Under the pieces are notes generated by a model that was not told the DNA's origin, did not search any database, and worked only from the letters and a program-made list of their open reading frames with translations. DNA of 64,000 nucleotides, taken from a bacterium (GTDB lineage Bacteria > Patescibacteriota > Microgenomatia > Levybacterales > UBA12049). The stretch is from positions 9,533 to 73,532 of the forward strand of contig JAJYWL010000016.1 of NCBI GenBank assembly GCA_021791545.1. The letters run 5' to 3'. The position numbers and the translations under genes are program-made. This document shows positions 58,194 to 64,000 of this stretch, one piece after another. The stretch's first letter is position 1. Each line of letters begins with the position of its first letter.

Positions 58194-58266
58194 CGTGCCC
58201 GAGAGGAGTCGAACCTCCAACCGCCTGGACCGCAACCAAGTGTTCTATCCATTGAACTACGGGCAC
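58194..58266 (-). tRNA. tRNA-Arg with the unusual anticodon GCG (as read)
   Basis: The reverse complement is GTGCCCGTAGTTCAATGGATAGAACACTTGGTTGCGGTCCAGGCGGTTGGAGGTTCGACTCCTCTCGGGCACG. A standard 73-nt cloverleaf, with anticodon stem CTTGG/CCAGG (one G-U pair) and loop TTGCGGT. Confidence 0.55.
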
Positions 58267-58350
58267 ACTCTGACTTGTATTTTACTTTAAAACCTTTCTT
58301 TTAACAAACTTGACAACTTTTTTAAAATAGCTCAAACTAAACTTAAGCAT

Positions 58351-60441
58351 ATGAAATTTTCTGTCCGCCTGGCCCTTGTTTTAGGAACGATACTATTTCT
58401 TTTCCCCTTTTTCAAAGTAAATACTTTTGCTCAAATTTCAAACACACCTACCCCTGCAGTTCAAAATTATACTACTCCTGACACAAACTCCAATGTTCCC
58501 AAGAATATGCACACCCTAACCCAGAGTCTTGTAATAGAAATACTATCTTCGTTTGTTTGCCAACTGGGGGGAATTGATCCTATGAACAAAAATCAGGAAT
58601 GTTTAGGGGTTGATCCAAACACAGGCAAAATTGGTTTTGTCAAAAATGGAGGAGGCCTAGTCGGAGTCGCACAAAAAATGATTGTTAGTACTTATTCCCT
58701 ACCTATTCATACCGGTGATTATATTGCCTATGTAGGACGAAATTTCGGAATAACCAAACCCACCTATGCTGCCGATCCAAATTCGAGCTTAGGCTTACAA
58801 AGCCTTTCACCCTTAATTAATCTTTGGGTAGCTTTTAGAAATATTGTTTATCTTCTTTTTGTTGTAATCTTCACAGTTATAGGTTTAGCAATAATGCTGA
58901 GGGTGCGAATAGACCCAAGAACCGTAATGACAATTCAAAACCAAATACCTAAACTTATAATAGGCATCGTTCTTGTTACATTCTCTTTTGCATTATCCGG
59001 ATTTCTTGTAGACCTTATGTATGTTTCCTCTTACCTTGGAATAGGAGTTGTGGCTTCAGCAGACAAATCCGGGAATATTTCTCCAAACATAGGCGTGCAA
59101 TTGATGACCGCCACAAACCCCATACATGCTGCAGATATAGCAACAATGGGAGGAAAATATGATGGAAACAACCCAGCAAAATCATCAAATGATTTAGGTT
59201 TGCAAACCGGTCTTATCGGAATCGCTGTGCTACCTGCTAATGCTGCTGGTCATTTCTTGGGACCACTTTTTGCAAATCCAGTAGGATCTCTACTTATGGC
59301 TTTTGTTATGGGAGTACTGGGACACACTGCGGGACAAAGCATAGGAACAATCGTAGGGGCACTTTTAGGAGCGGGCGTAGCAATCTTAGGAATCCTTGGG
59401 GCGCCAGTCACGGGGGGAGCAAGTTTAATAGTAACCGGAGCTCTTGTAGGAGGAACCTTAGGAGCAGCTATGGGAACTACGGTAGGGGGTATTTGGGGAG
59501 CAACAGACCCTGCGAGTGCAGCAGGAGGCTTTATATCGATAATTGCTTATCTTATTATCCTTATAGCAATTCTATATTCTCTTTATAAACTTTGGTTCCA
59601 GTTAATAATCGCCTACATAAGTATCTTTATAGATGTTATTTTCTCACCTTTCTGGATAGCTGCTGGATTAATACCTGGAAGTAAAATAGGATTTGGCTCA
59701 TGGCTGAGAGACATTATTTCAAACCTTTCTGTTTTCCCCATCACATTATTAATGTTTCTCCTCTCAAAAGTAATTATAGATGCTATGGGACCATGCCAAG
59801 GAGGTACTGTTGCGGGTTTTGCATGTACTAATCCTCAGAATTTTTTTGTTGCTCCATTAATCGGCAATCCTTCTTTCCCCAATGAAATTGTTGCAATAAT
59901 AGGCCTTGGCTTCATACTCTCCACACCAGAAGTAGTTAAAATAGTAAAGACAGCTCTTAAAGCACCTCAAACTCCTCTCGGTGGACCTGCCTCTGCAATA
60001 GGGTTTGCTGCTAAGATACCTGCTGCCTTTGGAAAAGGTACCTGGGGAAGTATAATGAAAAGAGATCAATATGGTCGTCCTTTAGGAGGAGGAGCATTCC
60101 TTTGGGACGAAGGAAAAGGGATGATAAGAAGAGGTGCGGTAAGAGTAGTTCCTGGTTACAGAACGGTAGAGAACATAAGACAACGTATAGAGGACAGGAA
60201 TGCAAACAGAGGGGCAGCACGAGTTGCACCAGCAGCAGGAGGCGGAACACCACCTCCACCTCCTCCAGCAGCAGGAGGAGCACCAGCAGCAGGAGGCGGA
60301 ACACCACCTCCACCTCCTCCAGCAGCAGGAGGAGCAGCACCAGCAGGAGCAGGCTGGAGACAAGAAGGACGACAAAGAGCAGATAGAATAATTAACAGAA
60401 TGACACCCAGGGTAAATAATCCCTTTAGAAGAAGACCCTAA
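58351..60441 (+). CDS. Polytopic membrane protein, VirB6/TrbL-like architecture, with a C-terminal Pro/Gly-rich repeat tail
   Basis: Signal peptide, a roughly 100-aa extracytoplasmic region and at least six Gly-rich transmembrane helices. The C-terminal tail carries two copies of AAGGGTPPPPPPAAGG. Confidence 0.45.
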   Translation: MKFSVRLALVLGTILFLFPFFKVNTFAQISNTPTPAVQNYTTPDTNSNVPKNMHTLTQSLVIEILSSFVCQLGGIDPMNKNQECLGVDPNTGKIGFVKNGGGLVGVAQKMIVSTYSLPIHTGDYIAYVGRNFGITKPTYAADPNSSLGLQSLSPLINLWVAFRNIVYLLFVVIFTVIGLAIMLRVRIDPRTVMTIQNQIPKLIIGIVLVTFSFALSGFLVDLMYVSSYLGIGVVASADKSGNISPNIGVQLMTATNPIHAADIATMGGKYDGNNPAKSSNDLGLQTGLIGIAVLPANAAGHFLGPLFANPVGSLLMAFVMGVLGHTAGQSIGTIVGALLGAGVAILGILGAPVTGGASLIVTGALVGGTLGAAMGTTVGGIWGATDPASAAGGFISIIAYLIILIAILYSLYKLWFQLIIAYISIFIDVIFSPFWIAAGLIPGSKIGFGSWLRDIISNLSVFPITLLMFLLSKVIIDAMGPCQGGTVAGFACTNPQNFFVAPLIGNPSFPNEIVAIIGLGFILSTPEVVKIVKTALKAPQTPLGGPASAIGFAAKIPAAFGKGTWGSIMKRDQYGRPLGGGAFLWDEGKGMIRRGAVRVVPGYRTVENIRQRIEDRNANRGAARVAPAAGGGTPPPPPPAAGGAPAAGGGTPPPPPPAAGGAAPAGAGWRQEGRQRADRIINRMTPRVNNPFRRRP
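60226..60345 (+). repeat. Tandem direct repeat, 54-bp unit in about 2.2 copies, encoding the Pro-rich tail
   Basis: gcaccagcagcaggaggcggaacaccacctccacctcctccagcagcaggagga recurs at 60226 and 60280. Confidence 0.7.
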
Positions 60442-60485
60442 GCTATTTAATAAATGATGAGGAAGGTTTAAAAAAGAATTCTAAT

Positions 60486-63400
60486 TTAACTTACCTTATA
60501 TATCTGGCCAATATTTCCCAAAAGAGCTTTAAGTGCTTCCGCAAGTCCCCCTCCTACTGCTCCCCCGCTTGATTGAAGGAATAAACCATAAGTAGTGGTA
60601 TGAGTTTCTCTCCTCATTTTTTGTATTTCTTGTTCTGAATAATAATGCTTCGTGCGCAAGAAATCCCAAATAGCCTCCATTTGTACCATATTAAATCTGG
60701 GTTGATCACTGGTTACATTTCTATGAGATTCTATTTCTGCCTCTACAATATAGGCAAAGGCATCTTTCCAAAGAAGTTCTCTTATATCAGACTCCTGAAT
60801 TCTTGCAACATCGATATCAAACCCAGGACTAAGTTCTTTTCCAGTCCTAGGATCTCTTGTCCCTTCGATTCTCCATATTTTTGGCTGATAACTGGCTGGA
60901 GGTTCAAATAGAGTCTTTGAATCCTTTTCTTCATATCTATCTTTGATTTTTCTTAATATTTCAGCTCCAAAAAGATTTGCAACAATAGGAAGATCTATTG
61001 CATCGTCTACTGTTTTCCCATCAGAGCCTGCGTGTTTTTCCCAGGTCCTTATTGTCTTACCGTAATCTGTTCCTCCCCAAGTCGAAAGCCAATATCTTAC
61101 TGCTTTTTCAACCCCATCTACCATTTTATTTGCTTTCTCATAATCTATAATTGCCCTTCCTGTACCGGGTTCAAAGGTAAGAAAGTCTTGAAAATTAAGT
61201 TGATTATGATCAACTAGAAACTCGTGAAGGTGAAATCCTGAAGCAACATGATTCGAAGCAAAATTACCCATTATATGTTGCTGAAATCTTATACCCCTGT
61301 CTTTTCCATACAAATCCCTAATAGAAGTGTTAAGATTGCTTAAATCATTCCCTTCTCCCCCCTGAATTGCTTCCAGAAGAGTTCTTCCCTCCGTGTCTCT
61401 TACTCCTTCAAAAAAATTAAGACCTAATCTTTTAAGCCCAAGTACGTTAAAAATATTTCCATAAGAAGCATTTCTTTTATCAGCCATCTGCCTTATTCTG
61501 TATTCCTGAGAATTTATAATCTTTGTCCATGCATCGAAACCTACTGCTCCTGTATCATTCTTTGCAGCTAAGCCAGTCCATTTAGTCATAGAAAAAGCCC
61601 AGTTTTCTGCATATTGAGCTTCTCTTCTGTCTAGCCCCGTTTGCTCCATTATTGCCCTTACCATCCTCTCTCTTACTTGGGTGATTACAGCCTCGTCCTT
61701 ATTTGGCCCTGGTCCTGTAAATACATTTATATATTCCATAAAGTCTTTTGGGGGATTTCCGTTTTCATCCAAAATGAGCTTACCATCTCTAAACCATTTA
61801 CTCGAGTCGTAATGGCGTCCTGGACCTTTTACTCCTGTAAAAGTTTTTTCTACTTCCTCATCCTCGTCCCATCCAGTATATTTTTCTGAAAAAAGAGATG
61901 AATCTGGAAATATTTTTTGTAGAGAATCGTAATCGTAGATGTAATAATATGCCATTAAAGCTTTTCTTACTGCCTGGCCAACATCGGAATTCTTGTCGAC
62001 CCTGTCTTTTATTTCCTCTCCTTGATGTAATTCTAATCCAGGAACCTTATCCGCATCCCTCATCGATGGCATGCTTAGAATAAATTCCATAAAGTTAGAC
62101 CTGGTAAACATGTTTGTTCCATATATCTTTGATATTGTTTCTAAAAGCTTATGTTCATCAAACTGAATGTTCACATATTCTACATGGTTATTCCTTGATG
62201 TATTAAATAGAAATGCCTCTGTTAACAATTGTTGTCTTAATTTTTCATAGTCTTTATTTTTATGATAAGTCGCCTCTGATTGAGCTATCATCGGCTTCTT
62301 TTTATCAATATTCCCATGCTTATCTATATTTGGAACAATCTTTTTTACATTTCTTTTTTCAGTAAAATAACTTCCAGTAAGAACCATTTCTTGTAGACTT
62401 ATCTGACTCCATCTTGATTTAACCGTTATCTGACTAAAGAAATCAACAGTAGAATTAGGAGAAAATTCATGTATTTCTATCATTCTTTTTCTTACCCATG
62501 CCATAAAATGAGCCTTATTAACTTTTCCCTCTCTACTCAAAAGCTCATTTTCTCCCCCAGTCTTCCACTCCTCGTTTTCTGAATTCATTATGAGAGCACA
62601 TAGGTCTTCCAAAGATGCAGGAATGTCGGGAAGAGCACCCTCAAGGCTATAGTAATGGGAAATTACCCTTTGAGAAAATGGAGGCTTTCCTCCAAAAACT
62701 TCACTTTTAATCCCATTAAGATCCCGATCTTTTCTTAATCTCTCCAATCTCTTTACGATTGGTTCATAGTCTCTTTCATAAGCATCTTTTGAAATCGCTC
62801 CTGTTGTTTCAAGTGCCTTGGCGAAAAAGATAAGATTATCTACCTCTGTGTCTACCTCATTTGTATAAGATGTTGCACTATCAATAACGTCCATGCTCTC
62901 TCTATAATTTTGTTGGAAAGTTTTAATACCCTCTTCTGCTTCAGGTTGATCCTCAGAAGTTCCTGTTCCTGATTTTCTAGTAGCCCTGACTATATCCTCC
63001 GTAGTGCTCGTGGCTTCTCTTGCCATTTCGTCATTTTGTCTTTTTAATTCTTGGTATTCCGGATCATCTTCATCATCATGGTCATCATTTTCCCCACCAT
63101 CTTCATCGTCGGGATTGTCGTCGGGTGTCTCATCGTCCTCATTATTGTCATCATTTTCTTCATCTGGAGAGGATGACTTAACATCATCCTTTTCCTCAAT
63201 TGCTTCAGCTTGCGAAGAATTATCAAATTGATCTCTTTTTTTTCTTAAAATTTCCATTAACTCAGAAAGGTTTGATTCCTTAATTGTTTCTTTATCAACT
63301 CCATTTTCAAGAAGGATTCTTTCTAAGTTGCTCGTCATAGCAAATGGAACCCCTCCGCTCCCAATCTTATCTAAAAGACTTCTTGCTTCGGCTGTTATGT

Positions 63401-63785
63401 CTTGCACGCCTTCATTTTCTGCTCCATTTATTTCTGACTCGCGTGGATTTTCCGATTCTTCTTCAGGAGGAGTATCTTCTGCCCCAGAAATTGGAAGAAC
63501 TCCCATTTCTATTAATTCTAGTGTTGTTCTTCTTTCGTCTACGGATAAGCTTTCCCAGGGGCGTATCCTTTCCCAAGCTTCCCTGGAGGCCCTCTTAGCT
63601 TCTTCACTTACAATTTTTTCTCTAGGACTTTGTCCTTCATTATTCATCGGTGTTTCACCACCACCTGGTTCTGGCATAAAAATTTCGCCTTCTCTTTCCA
63701 GAGTAGAAGAATTGGAGTTTGATGTCAACTCATCCAGGCTCAACTGATTTCCCCTGAAATTTCTTGGGTCCATTTCATTTTTCAT
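60486..63785 (-). CDS. Giant hypothetical protein (1099 aa) with an N-terminal acidic low-complexity region
   Basis: A long uninterrupted ORF with an acidic stretch EEKDDVKSSSPDEENDDNNEDDETPDDNPDDEDGGENDDHDDEDD. No known catalytic motif recognised. Confidence 0.55.
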   Translation of the reverse strand: MKNEMDPRNFRGNQLSLDELTSNSNSSTLEREGEIFMPEPGGGETPMNNEGQSPREKIVSEEAKRASREAWERIRPWESLSVDERRTTLELIEMGVLPISGAEDTPPEEESENPRESEINGAENEGVQDITAEARSLLDKIGSGGVPFAMTSNLERILLENGVDKETIKESNLSELMEILRKKRDQFDNSSQAEAIEEKDDVKSSSPDEENDDNNEDDETPDDNPDDEDGGENDDHDDEDDPEYQELKRQNDEMAREATSTTEDIVRATRKSGTGTSEDQPEAEEGIKTFQQNYRESMDVIDSATSYTNEVDTEVDNLIFFAKALETTGAISKDAYERDYEPIVKRLERLRKDRDLNGIKSEVFGGKPPFSQRVISHYYSLEGALPDIPASLEDLCALIMNSENEEWKTGGENELLSREGKVNKAHFMAWVRKRMIEIHEFSPNSTVDFFSQITVKSRWSQISLQEMVLTGSYFTEKRNVKKIVPNIDKHGNIDKKKPMIAQSEATYHKNKDYEKLRQQLLTEAFLFNTSRNNHVEYVNIQFDEHKLLETISKIYGTNMFTRSNFMEFILSMPSMRDADKVPGLELHQGEEIKDRVDKNSDVGQAVRKALMAYYYIYDYDSLQKIFPDSSLFSEKYTGWDEDEEVEKTFTGVKGPGRHYDSSKWFRDGKLILDENGNPPKDFMEYINVFTGPGPNKDEAVITQVRERMVRAIMEQTGLDRREAQYAENWAFSMTKWTGLAAKNDTGAVGFDAWTKIINSQEYRIRQMADKRNASYGNIFNVLGLKRLGLNFFEGVRDTEGRTLLEAIQGGEGNDLSNLNTSIRDLYGKDRGIRFQQHIMGNFASNHVASGFHLHEFLVDHNQLNFQDFLTFEPGTGRAIIDYEKANKMVDGVEKAVRYWLSTWGGTDYGKTIRTWEKHAGSDGKTVDDAIDLPIVANLFGAEILRKIKDRYEEKDSKTLFEPPASYQPKIWRIEGTRDPRTGKELSPGFDIDVARIQESDIRELLWKDAFAYIVEAEIESHRNVTSDQPRFNMVQMEAIWDFLRTKHYYSEQEIQKMRRETHTTTYGLFLQSSGGAVGGGLAEALKALLGNIGQIYKVS

Positions 63786-63849
63786 AATCCCATTTTATTT
63801 TCATATCCCTCAGTTCGCTTGATATTTGCTTTACAAAAAAATTACAATA

Positions 63850-64000
63850 TGATTACCATGAAAGAACGTTTTGACTCACTTTATCCTGAAGAAACAAGAT
63901 TTTCTGAAATAGAAAAAATACTTTCTTTTGCAAAAGAAGGGAATTCCTGTCAGGTTATTGGAATTCCCGGAACAGGGAGATCAAATATATTAGGTCTCTT
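63850..64000 (+). CDS. Partial ORF, 5' end only, with a possible P-loop NTPase motif
   Basis: MITMKERFDSLYPEETRFSEIEKILSFAKEGNSCQVIGIPGTGRSNILGL... It is preceded by TTGATA, 18 nt, then TACAAT. The Walker-A-like GIPGTGRS has Arg in place of Lys. Confidence 0.35.

Noticed and set aside
60011-60391. Several minus- and plus-frame ORFs (60011-60340, 60082-60375, 60102-60386, 60200-60391) with Leu-, Cys/Trp-, Ser/Arg- or Gln/Glu-rich products.
   Set aside because: They are alternative frames of the 54-bp tandem Pro/Gly/Ala repeat inside the 58351-60441 gene, so they are artefacts of repeat composition.

Overview
This is a low-GC, gene-dense window with compact minus-strand operons. Gene content resembles a Candidate Phyla Radiation (Patescibacteria-like) bacterium; that is inference from gene content, not a database hit. 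The window opens inside a group I intron that carries a LAGLIDADG homing endonuclease and interrupts a minus-strand 23S rRNA gene. The locus reads candidate promoter, tRNA-Ala, hairpin, 23S, and there is no 16S anywhere in the remaining 61 kb upstream. The rest is mostly core metabolism and cell envelope:

- **Redox and metal homeostasis:** thioredoxin system (arsR, trxA, trxB), DsbA, and an overlapping acyP-zur-zupT operon.
- **DNA and RNA metabolism:** ATP-dependent DNA ligase, Fic, RecF, archaeal-type UMP kinase, Fpg, standalone 5'-3' exonuclease, Pth.
- **Cell-envelope and translation housekeeping:** FtsH, TrpS, Tgt, MurD, FtsB-like protein, two tandem class A PBPs, SpoIID/LytB.
- **Nucleotide synthesis:** nrdR, B12-dependent nrdJ and a PduO-type adenosyltransferase, with candidate NrdR boxes in the nrdR promoter.
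- **Central carbon metabolism:** GAPDH, PGK, Rpe, RpiB.
- **tmRNA system:** SmpB with an adjacent tmRNA.
- **Other functions:** a P-type ATPase and two Nudix hydrolases.

There are ten tRNA or tmRNA genes, including tRNA-Ile(UAU), all four Ser isoacceptors and an Arg(GCG) in a 4.5 kb stretch.

The strongest candidates for something new are:

- **T4CP-like operon (28531..33461):** a membrane-anchored VirD4/TraG-type coupling-protein-like ATPase with a novel roughly 380-aa N-terminal domain. It is co-transcribed with two uncharacterised proteins, next to tRNA-Ile and a Xer-like recombinase.
- **NUMOD3 locus (27156..28132):** a NUMOD3-repeat DNA-binding protein behind a GC-rich structured leader.
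- **VirB6-like pair (58351..63785):** a VirB6/TrbL-like polytopic membrane protein with a tandem Pro-rich repeat, convergent with a 1099-aa acidic giant protein.

No CRISPR array and no IS element were seen.
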